From Candidatus Woesebacteria bacterium GW2011_GWB1_39_12 (GTDB lineage Bacteria; Patescibacteriota; Microgenomatia; UBA8517), in assembly GCA_000993405.1 (NCBI GenBank), contig LBWB01000008.1:26325-90324 (forward strand): DNA of 64,000 nucleotides. Direction: 5' to 3'. Shown here in pieces: positions 17,896 through 28,092 of this stretch. Made by a program: the position numbers and the translations under genes. The notes below the pieces were generated by a model, which was given only the letters and a program-made list of their open reading frames with translations, ran no database searches and was not told the origin of the DNA. Position 1 is the stretch's first letter, and each line of letters starts with the position of its first letter.

Positions 17896-19047
17896 TTAAT
17901 AGTTGATGTGCAAATACAATGTGTCCAAATCAGAGTCATCGTGGTCAACACGTACATATCTAAGCCGACAGCTTCCGGTCCCATAACTGCCTCTATATAA
18001 AGTACCTGCTCTTACGGCTTTTACCTCAGAAGATTCACTATTTATATCAACCCCGTTATGAAACTGGTATACCCTTCCGACCCAAGTATTTCTAACCGCC
18101 CAAGTGCTCCCATATCCTTGGGAAAATTTTATTTTTGGATTTATAGGCCAATCCCAACCACCCGTTGGACTGAAAGGATCTCCATCATTTGATCCACATG
18201 ATGAACCTGAACAATTCTCATAGTCTACACCTGACCTTAAATAACTAAAAGGATTTTGGGTAGTTGTCCCCTGGCGAATGATAAAGTGAAGGTGTGAACC
18301 GCTTGAATTACAGGAAGCTCCCTGAATAATCGAGGCAATCCTTTGTCCTTGAGAAACTTTTCCCACTTCTTCCTCTTGTCCTTTACCTGCAATAATTGCC
18401 TGAATGGCCTCGAATTCTGCCCGAACTGCCGCCAACAGCTGCTGATAACGCCTTTCGTCATTCCTTGTCTGTTCCAAAAGAACTGCCTTAGCGGTTTTCT
18501 GCGCCCCAAGCACGTTTTTTTGCTCTTCCAGTTCCTTCTGAAGTTCTTCCTGATCCGATTTTTGATCTTGATAGTCAACCTGGGCTTTTTCAAGTCTTAC
18601 CAGTAAGTCTCTGTCTGCTTCCTGAATTTTCTGTAAATAGTGGAAGCTAGAAACCGCCGAATCCAGATCAGGTGAAAAAATAAACATCAAGTAGGTTTCG
18701 TTTAATCTTGACATTTTGTAGGTATATACGACTCTGGAAGTAAAAGCTTTTGTTAAAGACTGAAGAGAAGTTTCAAGCTGTACTATTCTTCCTCCAAGAA
18801 GTAATATTTTTTCCTCTGTTTGGGTAATTTTTAAGGTAGTTAAACGAATTTGAGCATCGTACTGGGCAATTTGATTGGATAAAGTGCCAGCTTGAGATTT
18901 TAATTTATTGATCTCCTGCTCATATTGTTCTATTTCTTTACCCAAGCGTTCAAGTTTTTCCGACTCACTTTCAGCAAATGCAAAAGGAGGTTGACCGATT
19001 AAAAGTAGTAGTAAAAGGACAAAGAATGCTTTCTTTATTTTTGACAT
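17896..19047 (-). CDS. Coiled-coil (EnvC/CwlO/PcsB-like) protein with a circularly permuted M23 peptidase domain
   Basis: Signal peptide, long coiled coil, HLHF and NPFSYL preceding WP...HNGVD...LYLH; downstream of ftsEX. Confidence 0.85.
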   Translation of the reverse strand: MSKIKKAFFVLLLLLLIGQPPFAFAESESEKLERLGKEIEQYEQEINKLKSQAGTLSNQIAQYDAQIRLTTLKITQTEEKILLLGGRIVQLETSLQSLTKAFTSRVVYTYKMSRLNETYLMFIFSPDLDSAVSSFHYLQKIQEADRDLLVRLEKAQVDYQDQKSDQEELQKELEEQKNVLGAQKTAKAVLLEQTRNDERRYQQLLAAVRAEFEAIQAIIAGKGQEEEVGKVSQGQRIASIIQGASCNSSGSHLHFIIRQGTTTQNPFSYLRSGVDYENCSGSSCGSNDGDPFSPTGGWDWPINPKIKFSQGYGSTWAVRNTWVGRVYQFHNGVDINSESSEVKAVRAGTLYRGSYGTGSCRLRYVRVDHDDSDLDTLYLHINY

Positions 19048-19053
19048 CTCAAG

Positions 19054-19965
19054 TTACTTTCGCTTAACCCTTAAAACAGCAAGAATGCTTCCTGAGACTG
19101 CCAAAAAAAGTCCAATCAGAAATTCAGCCCCAAGTATCAGCCCGAACAGTCCGAAAAGTTTTAATGTATCTTTAGGTACAACTGGAATTTCTCCAAAATA
19201 AGAAATAAGGCTCGGCGTCGCGTATAAAACCAAGAGTAAGGCGATTAGCCAGCCAATAAATACCCCCGTAATCGCATAAATAATCGCCTCGTATATAATT
19301 GGGCTTCGGATAAATCCAGGAGTTGCGCCAATCAAATCCAGGACCTCTATTTCACCCCGTCTTGAGGTCATCCTCATGCCTATAATGACAATTAAAACTA
19401 GAAACGAAGTTGAGGTAAGAAGTAGGGCAAAGGCACCCCCTCCTATTTTTATATAATTCGAAAAAGTGCGCAATCTATTTACAACGTCAGACAAAGTTTC
19501 TTCTCCTCCAAGACTCGCAGTAAAACCTACTTGATCAACTATCTCTTCACCCTTAATTTCTTCAATTAGGTCATTTGCGTAGGATAGATCCACAAGTGAA
19601 AATTCTAAACTTGCGGGAAAAATCGACGGACTTACCAACTCCGAAAGGAGTGGGTTACCCGCAGTCGCTTTCTTATAAATCTCAAGTGCCTGTTCTTTTG
19701 AGATATAACTTACCTCGGAAACACGATTATCTGCCTCTAATTTATTTTGTAAGGCGGAAATTTTCTCGGGAGTTATATCATCTTTTAGAAAGGTAATTAC
19801 TTGGGGTCTGGTTTCAAAGTATTTAAGAACCTGGCTTGAGGAGTAACCCAAAATAGTAATAATAGTGATAACAAAAAAAGTTATCGTCAATACAAAAATG
19901 GCGGCCATCGCCTGAAAAGGAGCGCGCCTCACGTGATCCCAAGCAGTTTTTATGTGTATATTCAT
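19054..19965 (-). CDS. ftsX: Cell-division permease FtsX
   Basis: 1+3 TM topology, YISKEQAL, RRGEIEVLDLIGATPGFIRSP. Confidence 0.92.
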   Translation of the reverse strand: MNIHIKTAWDHVRRAPFQAMAAIFVLTITFFVITIITILGYSSSQVLKYFETRPQVITFLKDDITPEKISALQNKLEADNRVSEVSYISKEQALEIYKKATAGNPLLSELVSPSIFPASLEFSLVDLSYANDLIEEIKGEEIVDQVGFTASLGGEETLSDVVNRLRTFSNYIKIGGGAFALLLTSTSFLVLIVIIGMRMTSRRGEIEVLDLIGATPGFIRSPIIYEAIIYAITGVFIGWLIALLLVLYATPSLISYFGEIPVVPKDTLKLFGLFGLILGAEFLIGLFLAVSGSILAVLRVKRK

Positions 19966-19966
19966 A

Positions 19967-20662
19967 TTATTTCTTCCCTTTCTCTGATTTAGTTTTAACT
20001 TTCGATTCAGAATCGCTAAAAACTCCTCCTTCTTTAAGCTCTATAACTCTTTTATTCATTTTATCAATAATCAGCTTATTATGCGTAGCCATAATTATGG
20101 ATTTACCCTCTGAGTTAATTTTTTCGAACAAATCCATGAGCTTATCGGCGGTTTCCCAATCAAGGTTTCCCGTAGGTTCATCCGCCAAAATTATCTTGGG
20201 ATTTACAACCAATGCTCTTGCCAAAGAGACCCTTTGAAGTTCTCCTCCGGAAAGTTGAGCCGGAAAAAGGTCGGCCCGATCTGTCAAACCAACCAATTTC
20301 AAAACGTGTTCCACTCTTGCCTCCCAATCATTTTTGGGAAGTCCGATAACGGCTAAGGCCACTTCAACATTCTCTTTTATCGTTCTTTCACCAAGAACTT
20401 TAAAATCCTGAAAAACAACACCGATTTTTTGCCGAAGGCGCGGAATTTGTTTTGAAGGAAGCTTAGTAATATCTTCTTTGTCCAACTCAATCTTACCGCT
20501 ATCAGGCAATAATTCTCTCAGCATCAAGCGAAGAAGTGTCGTCTTGCCTGCACCAGACGCACCTGTTATAAAAACAAATTCAGAATCCCCTATATTAAAA
20601 TTAATATCTTTCAAAGCCACAATTTTTCCAAATGTCTTTGTAACGTTTTCCAGTTTCAGCAT
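19967..20662 (-). CDS. ftsE: Cell-division ATPase FtsE
   Basis: GASGAGKT, IGVVFQDFK, LSGGE.QR, ADEPTGNLD, ATH. Confidence 0.93.
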   Translation of the reverse strand: MLKLENVTKTFGKIVALKDINFNIGDSEFVFITGASGAGKTTLLRLMLRELLPDSGKIELDKEDITKLPSKQIPRLRQKIGVVFQDFKVLGERTIKENVEVALAVIGLPKNDWEARVEHVLKLVGLTDRADLFPAQLSGGELQRVSLARALVVNPKIILADEPTGNLDWETADKLMDLFEKINSEGKSIIMATHNKLIIDKMNKRVIELKEGGVFSDSESKVKTKSEKGKK

Positions 20663-20725
20663 ATAACCACCTTCTAAAAGATTAGCAGATGAGGTCAATT
20701 AAGACCAGAAGAAGAAAAAAAGCTT

Positions 20726-21235
20726 TTACTCTATTACTTTAATTTTACCTACATCCATAAGCCAGCCGGCTTGAAGAGCAGACAAAGTTTCCCCCCACAC
20801 TTTTACTTTTTTACCCACAAAACTTTGGAGGTCTATCACCGTTGAGGTTAGATAGACATATTTATCCTCTCCCAACCCACGATCCAAATGATGCGTCCCT
20901 TCTCCTTTTATTCCTCCCTCGACCAGAATTCCCTCGGGAGACTGTTTCTCTGTAAACACTGATTCATCGGTAATGCCCGCTTCGTTCTCATTAGTGACGA
21001 CGCCTTTTGGAGTCCCCGTTTCAACCTTCTTTGTACCTAATTTTGCGCTAAGTCCCCTACCCGACAAAAACCAACCCGAACCAACTCCTGCCAAAACTAC
21101 CAAAAAAGACGCCAAAACTAAACTCACCATCTTCTTATCAAGACTTAACTTTGGAAACTTCTTCATGATACGGGTTTGAGACTGTAAACTCACATTTCCT
21201 TGCCCTGAATATTGTCCTGAATTCTGTGATTCCAT
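20726..21235 (-). CDS. Hypothetical membrane-anchored protein
   Basis: Single TM plus small beta-barrel-like C-terminal domain (FVGKKVKVWG). Confidence 0.7.
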   Translation of the reverse strand: MESQNSGQYSGQGNVSLQSQTRIMKKFPKLSLDKKMVSLVLASFLVVLAGVGSGWFLSGRGLSAKLGTKKVETGTPKGVVTNENEAGITDESVFTEKQSPEGILVEGGIKGEGTHHLDRGLGEDKYVYLTSTVIDLQSFVGKKVKVWGETLSALQAGWLMDVGKIKVIE

Positions 21236-21279
21236 GCCATAAACTATAACACCAAGAAAAGTATAGTAGCAAGTACAAA

Positions 21280-21864
21280 TTATCTTATTCGATCAGCTAC
21301 AGCTCCCTCACCAATTTTAATTTGAAATTCAACAGAGACTTCTTTATAGGCTTGGTACAATAGATTGCCGAATTTTTGCCATAATTCGCTATATTCATGT
21401 TCAAAAAGCTCTTCAAGTTTTGGAAATCTACCTTCTTCAGAATATTTATCAAGTTTTTCTGTCAATAGCTTAGTCAGATAACTTCGCAATTCAGAATATG
21501 CCTCAGGTTTACCTTCCATTTTTCGTTGATATTTTTCTTCCGCAACATGTCTTAACCAATCTTTCCAGGCACGGTTGTAAACTTCCCAGTCTTTTGAGCT
21601 CATATTGGAAAATCCAGGGGCTGATGCTATCTTCATTAATTCTTGCGGATCTCTTTCCCCGTTAATAATGTAGTAAGCGATAACCCAACCGGAAGTGACT
21701 GCAAATCCAAACTCACCACATCCTTCCACGTCAGCGTCGGCGTGTGCTTTTTCGTGATAATAAAGTTCTGAAGAAATTTTGCCCGAAAGACCGCTATCGA
21801 AAAGTCCCTTGAAGAGGGCTCCGGCAGTTTTTATTCCTTGTGCTTCAAGTCTTTCAACTACCAA
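21280..21864 (-). CDS. Hypothetical protein
   Basis: 194-aa ORF with natural composition; no recognised motif. Confidence 0.6.
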   Translation of the reverse strand: MVVERLEAQGIKTAGALFKGLFDSGLSGKISSELYYHEKAHADADVEGCGEFGFAVTSGWVIAYYIINGERDPQELMKIASAPGFSNMSSKDWEVYNRAWKDWLRHVAEEKYQRKMEGKPEAYSELRSYLTKLLTEKLDKYSEEGRFPKLEELFEHEYSELWQKFGNLLYQAYKEVSVEFQIKIGEGAVADRIR

Positions 21865-21877
21865 CTTCTACAATTAT

Positions 21878-21982
21878 ATCAGTTTCGAGAAGACCCTGCA
21901 ATTTCATTGCGGGGATGAATCGAACCTGATATGTCGTTCTCTTTTAGAAGGAACCCCGAGCTAAGCTCGGGGAGGACGTCAT
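21878..21982 (+). mobile_element. Non-autonomous IS200/IS605-type palindromic element (PATE-like), copy 1
   Basis: Preceded by TTAT; left hairpin CCCTGCAAT-TTC-ATTGCGGGG, GATGAATCGAAC core, right hairpin CCCCGAGC-TAA-GCTCGGGG, ends GGACGTCAT; homologous copies elsewhere in window. Confidence 0.7.
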
Positions 21983-22225
21983 AGCAGAAATTCATCAAGA
22001 ATGCTAACTGAAATCTATGGTAGCAGGTGCAAACCTAATACACCCGCCACAGTCAAACGTGGCCGGGACGTTTGAGTCCAGTCAGGTGTATTTACAGCAA
22101 TATTATAAAAATTACACCCCAAAGGTATTCTTGCCTTTTGATTAGCTTCAAGATCACATTTTGAAGAATTTCTTAAATAGAAAGGTCGGATTGACTTTAC
22201 GTCAGCCATTTTAAATAATTAAATT

Positions 22226-22489
22226 ATGCTCCATGTTGAAGACTGGTTTAACGATGAAAATCAATGCATAATGTATCCGCAAGAACCATCTTGTGCAAAA
22301 GTACTGGGTGTTTGGAAGAGAATCTTCTACCTAACCATTTATTGGTTTGAATACCTCTGGGTTCAGTATCCGCTTTTTAGAATCATCGTAGTAATTGTAT
22401 TTGTTCTAGCAATACTCATGATGGTTTTACTGGTATATCGGTTGGGAAGGATATTGGTTTCCAAAATATTAAAACCAAAATCAAGCTAA
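22226..22489 (+). CDS. Small hypothetical membrane protein
   Basis: 87 aa with TM helix and basic tail; followed by hairpin CACATCGA/TCGATGTG. Confidence 0.45.
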   Translation: MLHVEDWFNDENQCIMYPQEPSCAKVLGVWKRIFYLTIYWFEYLWVQYPLFRIIVVIVFVLAILMMVLLVYRLGRILVSKILKPKSS

Positions 22490-22674
22490 AATCCTATAGG
22501 TCAATATCACATCGACAAAGTATTCGATGTGTTTTCCTCTTTTTGGTTTAATCAACATTCAGAATAACTGGGTTTATTTGCCGATTATATAGAAAGTGGT
22601 GGGAATGTTACACTCGGACAGTACGAGTTAATCAATAACCTGTACCAGGTACGGATTGCTATTGTCGAACCGTG

Positions 22675-23751
22675 TTATAGCTTCTGAATTTCGGCGTCGA
22701 TGAATTCGTCCAACTCTCCGTCTAAAACTGCCTCTGTGTTACCGGTTTCGACATTAGTTCGTAAATCCTTAACCATTTTATAAGGATGAAGTACATAGGA
22801 TCGGATTTGGTTACCCCAGGAGGGAGGTCTATATTCACCCTTTAGTTCTTTAACTTTCTTTTCCTTCATCGCTTCTCCCCGCGCCCAAAGTTTTGCGCGA
22901 AGCAGGTTTAACGCAATTTTTCTATTTTGTTCCTGAAAACGTTCGGTCTGAGCAGTAACAACAATTTCCGTAGGTTTATGCTTGAGTCTGACTGCCGTAG
23001 AAACTTTTTGAACATTTTGGCCTCCTTGCGAAGAGGCTCTAAAAAACTGCCACTCCAGTTCATCCTCTTTTATTTCAACGCTGGGTAGATCTTCTTCCGA
23101 AAGCTCGGGGAGTACTTCAACCAAGGCAAAAGACGTCTGCCTCAAGTTATCGGCGTTAAAAGGTGATTGACGAACTAAGCGATGCGTTCCTGCCTCACCC
23201 TTCAAATTGCCATAAGCGTAAGCTCCTTCAATATTAAAAGTAACTGATTTTAATCCAGCTTCCTCGCCTTCGGATACATCAAAAGTTTCTGTCTTCCAGC
23301 CGCGTTTCTCACAAAATCTCAAATACATGCGATAAAGCATGTTTGCCCAGTCCATAGCTTCAGTTCCGCCCTGACCAGCATGAATTGAAATAATTGCGTT
23401 CTTGGAATCATATTGGCCCGATAAAAACGTTTTCAACTCAAATTTATCAACCTTTTTCTCAAGGCGCGAAATTTCTTGGGCGAAACTTTCATCAAAACTA
23501 CCTTCTTGGAAAAGTTCATAAATAGTATCAACGTCTTCTTTGAGGGTTTCAGCGTCATCAATTTCCTGCTTTAGATTGCTCAAGGCAGTCATCAGCTTTC
23601 TGGCCTTTTCCTGATCGTCCCAAAGGTTCGGATCCATTGCATCGGTCTCAAGACGCATCAACTCTTTTTTCTTTTCGGGAAGATTAAAGGATTCAACAAC
23701 TTTTTCAATCTTTCCTTTCAATTCTTCAGTTTTTTGCTTAATATCCTGCAT
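22675..23751 (-). CDS. prfB: Peptide chain release factor 2
   Basis: GQGGTEA, SPF tripeptide, GGQ motif, WGNQIRSY; single ORF. Confidence 0.97.
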   Translation of the reverse strand: MQDIKQKTEELKGKIEKVVESFNLPEKKKELMRLETDAMDPNLWDDQEKARKLMTALSNLKQEIDDAETLKEDVDTIYELFQEGSFDESFAQEISRLEKKVDKFELKTFLSGQYDSKNAIISIHAGQGGTEAMDWANMLYRMYLRFCEKRGWKTETFDVSEGEEAGLKSVTFNIEGAYAYGNLKGEAGTHRLVRQSPFNADNLRQTSFALVEVLPELSEEDLPSVEIKEDELEWQFFRASSQGGQNVQKVSTAVRLKHKPTEIVVTAQTERFQEQNRKIALNLLRAKLWARGEAMKEKKVKELKGEYRPPSWGNQIRSYVLHPYKMVKDLRTNVETGNTEAVLDGELDEFIDAEIQKL

Positions 23752-24214
23752 ATGGTTTACAAATGAAATCTACCACCTGTTCTTTATCATCCGAAGATAA
23801 ACTCTCAAAATCCTGAGTCACACTTTGTTTCGTCGGTTTTTCGTCCGCCGCCGATTCCGGAATTTCCTCAGTGACTCCTAAAACCTTCACAAGTTTTGTT
23901 CTGGTTGCGTCAAGTGCCGTACTTATGGGTTTGGGTGCATTTTTCCACCCCAAAATCTCGGTCAACATTGTGCGACCACTAAGTAGAAGAAAACCTTCAA
24001 GAATCAATGCCAACAAGAATCCCCAAAAAATCATCGATAACGAAGGTTTATCAAGGTGCCAGTGAACGTAGATATATCTCAATCTTGCAAAAGTTAATAA
24101 CAATAAAAATAGCAAAAAAACAATTGCCGCCGCCTGCCAATATGTCGGCTCGATATAAAAACCCCGAATGTTATAAGTTCCGAATGACTTATTGAGAATT
24201 TTGAGTAAATCCAT
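23738..24214 (-). CDS. Hypothetical 2-TM membrane protein
   Basis: Two hydrophobic helices; overlaps prfB start. Confidence 0.7.
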   Translation of the reverse strand: MDLLKILNKSFGTYNIRGFYIEPTYWQAAAIVFLLFLLLLTFARLRYIYVHWHLDKPSLSMIFWGFLLALILEGFLLLSGRTMLTEILGWKNAPKPISTALDATRTKLVKVLGVTEEIPESAADEKPTKQSVTQDFESLSSDDKEQVVDFICKPYAGY

Positions 24215-24269
24215 TTCTAACTACATAATATCACAATGAAGTAAGATTGAGGTTGAGGCAGAGACGCTA

Positions 24270-24944
24270 TTATGGAGCCTGGGTTGGGGTCGGCGTTGAA
24301 GTTAGATTTGATGTAGGGGACGGAGTTATGGTTCCTGTAACACCGCCTGTGGGAGCTGGTGTACTTGTAACAGTAGGTTTTTTGGTCGGAGTCGGAGTAA
24401 AACCTTTGGGATAACCTGTAATAATTTTTATATCATAGCGGTCTAAACTCCCTGTTTTGACTTCGACGTCCTGATATATATCTTCAAGAGCATCTTGAAT
24501 TTCATCTTTGACGGCATCGGGGGTGGCATCTGAGAATGTAACTTCGACTGAAGTATAAGTTTGACCCGAGGCATTTCCAACATCAATCTGCGAGTAACCC
24601 AAGTCTTCAAGCTCTTTCTTTAACTGAGCTGCCCCTCCCGATATACCAGTTCCGTTTAAAACCTGAACCTTTACTTTCTCCCTGTCGATTTCCACTTTAG
24701 GAGTGGGCGTTGCCTCTTCTTCAAAAGGAGTTGGAGTAGACTCATTTTCTTCAGAACTTTGGGACTCACCTCTGCCAAAGAAAAACCAACCGGCAGCACC
24801 TATAAGAATTGCTAAGACGAAGATTATCAAAAGGGCTTTTTTATTACTGGATTTCTCTTGGTTTTTAACTTGGGGAAAACCAACAGGAGTTCTGGCAGGT
24901 TGAGGATTATCTTCATGTTGTAGTCTTTCAGTTTCCTCTTCCAT
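24270..24944 (-). CDS. LytR C-terminal domain protein
   Basis: TM, VQVLNGTGISGGA, VGNA, DIKIITG, PT-rich tail. Confidence 0.85.
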   Translation of the reverse strand: MEEETERLQHEDNPQPARTPVGFPQVKNQEKSSNKKALLIIFVLAILIGAAGWFFFGRGESQSSEENESTPTPFEEEATPTPKVEIDREKVKVQVLNGTGISGGAAQLKKELEDLGYSQIDVGNASGQTYTSVEVTFSDATPDAVKDEIQDALEDIYQDVEVKTGSLDRYDIKIITGYPKGFTPTPTKKPTVTSTPAPTGGVTGTITPSPTSNLTSTPTPTQAP

Positions 24945-25012
24945 TACCCTAAAAGTATAATCCTATAGATACTATAATTCAAGTCCTAATTAAAAATACT
25001 ATATTACATATA

Positions 25013-25831
25013 CTATAGAAGCTGCCTTAGATAGTGAAGTGCTCCGGCTAAACCGGCCATTTCTAAAAGTTCTCCTCTTTTAATATCTGGATGAATTGGG
25101 AAAACTTTCAGAATTTCTTTTAGATTTTCCTTTATTCTCTCAATAGAAATTGCTTCGACTTTCATTATTCCCCCACCTAAAATAACTACATCGGGCGACC
25201 AATGCAAAATAGTATTATTTAAGCCAACCGCAATTAACTTTTCAATTTTCTTCCATACATTAACGTCTGTTATACTTTCGGGATCTTGCCCGAATTTTAG
25301 CTTAATTGAGGGCCCGGATATCAAATTTTCAAGCTTAATGGATCTTTCTTCATCAAGATCAATAATTTGGTGTCCCGGTTCAAATCCGAAGGTCGATTTG
25401 TCAATCTTTCCATCAACTATTCTCACTCCACCTACTCCTGTTCCGATAGTGATAAATGCTACTATTGAAAATCCCCGACCCACTCCTTTAACAGCCTCTC
25501 CAAGACCTGCCAAATCCGCATCATTCTCAAGATAAATAGGCGCATGAATAATGTCGCCCAGAGCTCTTTTTATGGGTTTCATTTCCCATTCCTCTAAATG
25601 TGGGGCAGAAAGCAGTATATTCTTTTCCTTATCGAGGATCCCCGGAAGACCACAACAAACGAGTTTATCCACTCTTGAAGAATCAGCAACGCTAACATAA
25701 TTCTCTATCACCTTTAGAGCGTCTTCAAACCTTCTGGGTGTGGCAACGACTTTTACTTCCTGCAGATTTTCCCTATCAAAAGAAACTGCCATGCGCATCT
25801 TTGTTCCGCCTATATCAAAAAGTAGATACAT
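25013..25831 (-). CDS. ROK-family sugar kinase (glucokinase-like)
   Basis: FDIGGTK, LENDADLAGLGE, TIGTGVGG, EPGH, VILGGG. Confidence 0.9.
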   Translation of the reverse strand: MYLLFDIGGTKMRMAVSFDRENLQEVKVVATPRRFEDALKVIENYVSVADSSRVDKLVCCGLPGILDKEKNILLSAPHLEEWEMKPIKRALGDIIHAPIYLENDADLAGLGEAVKGVGRGFSIVAFITIGTGVGGVRIVDGKIDKSTFGFEPGHQIIDLDEERSIKLENLISGPSIKLKFGQDPESITDVNVWKKIEKLIAVGLNNTILHWSPDVVILGGGIMKVEAISIERIKENLKEILKVFPIHPDIKRGELLEMAGLAGALHYLRQLL

Positions 25832-25835
25832 TTTT

Positions 25836-25962
25836 TTAAATTCTAAATATCAAATTTTAAATGTAAAATCTATGATAAATACTAAATTTCAAAGCTCTAA
25901 AACGTTCTTGTCATTAGGGTTTTGGTATTTGATATTCATTTGTAATTTGGGCTTTGAAATTA
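25836..25962. repeat. Inverted pair of degenerate heptamer arrays
   Basis: (AAATxxx)n arm followed by (xxxATTT)n arm in the intergenic space. Confidence 0.55.
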
Positions 25963-25990
25963 TCAGCATTATTTAAGCTTTCAAGTTAGG

Positions 25991-27964
25991 TTATTGGAAT
26001 ACTTTACATACTCCCAATTCTTCCAGTTTACGCAAATAGTTTATCACTGTTATCACATACTCCCCATGACTTTCTACCAAGGGAGACGCAGAAAGATGAG
26101 CACCAGTATATGGGTCGAGCTGCTCCGGTAGGATTCCGGCAGGATTGGCATACTTAACTGCCCAAGAAAGATAGCGCTTAACTGGTTCCATGTCTGATTC
26201 GTTTTTTGCAATCGCAATATAATATTGAGCAAGCCGCATCGTAGTTATGATCCAGGGATTTCCAGGATAATTTCCTCCTTTATGGTGGTATGTGTCTCCT
26301 TCATAACGGGCTATTCCACCAACTTCTGTTTTTATTTCAAGCCTCTCAATTGTCTTTTCAACGGCTTTCTTAACTTTTGGATCATCAGCTGGCAAAACTC
26401 CGAACTCGTATATCCCATACACCGCTGAAGCGTCGATTGTCCTGTCGATTTCCATTTGTCTGCCTTCGGTATGTATCATTTGGTAGAAATACCCTTCTTT
26501 ATCGTCATATAAATATTTAAGAATTGCTTTTCTGATAGAATCGGCCGCTTCCTTATACTTTTGACTACTCTTTTCTTTACCCAAAAGTTTGGCAAATTTG
26601 GAAGCCACATTTAATGCTGCATAAACACTACTTGCTGTAAATGTCGTTATACCATAATACTGTTCCCAAATATCATAACTTGCCGCAGGAAGTGCCGTTT
26701 TTTCATCTCGATAATTTACCATAAATTCAGCAGCTTCTTTAATTAGGCTATTATAAATACCCTCAATGAATTCCAAATCTTTGGAAAGCTCATAGTATTT
26801 CCAAAGTGCAAAGATGACCAGTGCTGTTTCATCCTCCTGAATAGGGTATTGTTTTCTTCCACCGTTTACCCAGGGGTGCCAAGAACTTCCAAGAGATTTG
26901 TCAGGTCTATACTTATGCATAAAATAACCTTCGCCTGTTATAGTGTCCTCACAAAATTCAAAAAAACGCTTCGTTGAATTAAAATCTCCGGCTTTTTCGA
27001 GTGCAATCGCCGCAACCGATGAATCTCTTGGCCAGACATACCTGTAATAATCGCGACCAAATTGAAGCATTTCCGAATCCCCTGAGGCAATTATTGCTCC
27101 GTTTTTGGCTACATGGGCTCGAATATAAAAAAGAGACTTTTGGAATAAATCGATAACTTCCTGTTCAAGTCCATAAAAACTAAAATTTTGAACATTCACC
27201 CAGGCTCGCCAATAATCTGTCGTTGACTCGATGATCTCTTTAGGGTGTCGTGTTAAAATTTCCTCGTTAAGTTTCTTCGCTGCGTCAATAGATTTTGCTA
27301 TACAAATCCAATAGTAAACAATTGTTTCCTTATTAGGTTGCACCTCTACAGTAAGTCCTATTACGGAGTCGACTTGCCCATGTTCAATGGGATTTCCGGA
27401 CAGCTTTCCGTCTTCAGCATCTCTATAAGTACCTATCTGTCCCTCGATTCCGATAAGACCAATACTGTATTCGTCAAAGCCAGGATCTTCGGATAATGTA
27501 TTAATCAAAAATACCCGTCTACCTTTATAGTGGATTATCACTTCTTCTCTTGGATCATAATACGCAGTATCTCCAATATGTGTCTCGGAGATGTTGAATT
27601 GCTGGTTAAAAAAAAGTTTTACATTTCTTTTCCTGTCAAAAAGATTTTTGATGGTTATTTCCCTTATAAACATATTTTTTTCATTATAAATAACGTCCGT
27701 AAAGTGTAGTTCTATGCCAAAAGACTCATTTTTAGCAACTATATCGCTTGCCATTGTTCCTTTTTGGGAACGGACTTCGATATTCCATCCCCCATCATCA
27801 AACCAAGAAAACTTATTATCGACATATATACCTATTTTATGGGTTAAATATTCACCAACATGATTTTCCAATCCGGGATAATGAAAATAAAGATCTTTTA
27901 TCTGTCCGAAGGCATCAAGACCAACAAGAACTGTTCCGTTGCCGAGATTTATTGCTTTAGGCAT
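25991..27964 (-). CDS. GH15 glucoamylase-like glycoside hydrolase
   Basis: GAIIAS, YRYVWPRD, QEDETA, DIWE, GGIARYEGD, LPEQ. Confidence 0.92.
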   Translation of the reverse strand: MPKAINLGNGTVLVGLDAFGQIKDLYFHYPGLENHVGEYLTHKIGIYVDNKFSWFDDGGWNIEVRSQKGTMASDIVAKNESFGIELHFTDVIYNEKNMFIREITIKNLFDRKRNVKLFFNQQFNISETHIGDTAYYDPREEVIIHYKGRRVFLINTLSEDPGFDEYSIGLIGIEGQIGTYRDAEDGKLSGNPIEHGQVDSVIGLTVEVQPNKETIVYYWICIAKSIDAAKKLNEEILTRHPKEIIESTTDYWRAWVNVQNFSFYGLEQEVIDLFQKSLFYIRAHVAKNGAIIASGDSEMLQFGRDYYRYVWPRDSSVAAIALEKAGDFNSTKRFFEFCEDTITGEGYFMHKYRPDKSLGSSWHPWVNGGRKQYPIQEDETALVIFALWKYYELSKDLEFIEGIYNSLIKEAAEFMVNYRDEKTALPAASYDIWEQYYGITTFTASSVYAALNVASKFAKLLGKEKSSQKYKEAADSIRKAILKYLYDDKEGYFYQMIHTEGRQMEIDRTIDASAVYGIYEFGVLPADDPKVKKAVEKTIERLEIKTEVGGIARYEGDTYHHKGGNYPGNPWIITTMRLAQYYIAIAKNESDMEPVKRYLSWAVKYANPAGILPEQLDPYTGAHLSASPLVESHGEYVITVINYLRKLEELGVCKVFQ

Positions 27965-27973
27965 AATGAATAA

Positions 27974-28092
27974 AAAATCCAAATTCCAAAACTCAAATGC
28001 CAAATGAATGCTAAAAAAATATTCAAATTTTAAATTTATTCATTTAAGTATTTGGTTTGACTTGACATTTGTAATTTGTCATTTGTAATTTT
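27974..28092. repeat. Inverted pair of degenerate heptamer arrays overlapping the GH57 3' end
   Basis: aaatcca aattcca aaactca aatgcca ... atttgta atttgtc atttgta atttt. Confidence 0.6.

Noticed and set aside
22015-22209. 64-aa minus-strand ORF, or a pistol/ZTP-type RNA
   Set aside because: The ORF has no recognisable features, and only isolated words of the RNA consensuses are present, in the wrong order.
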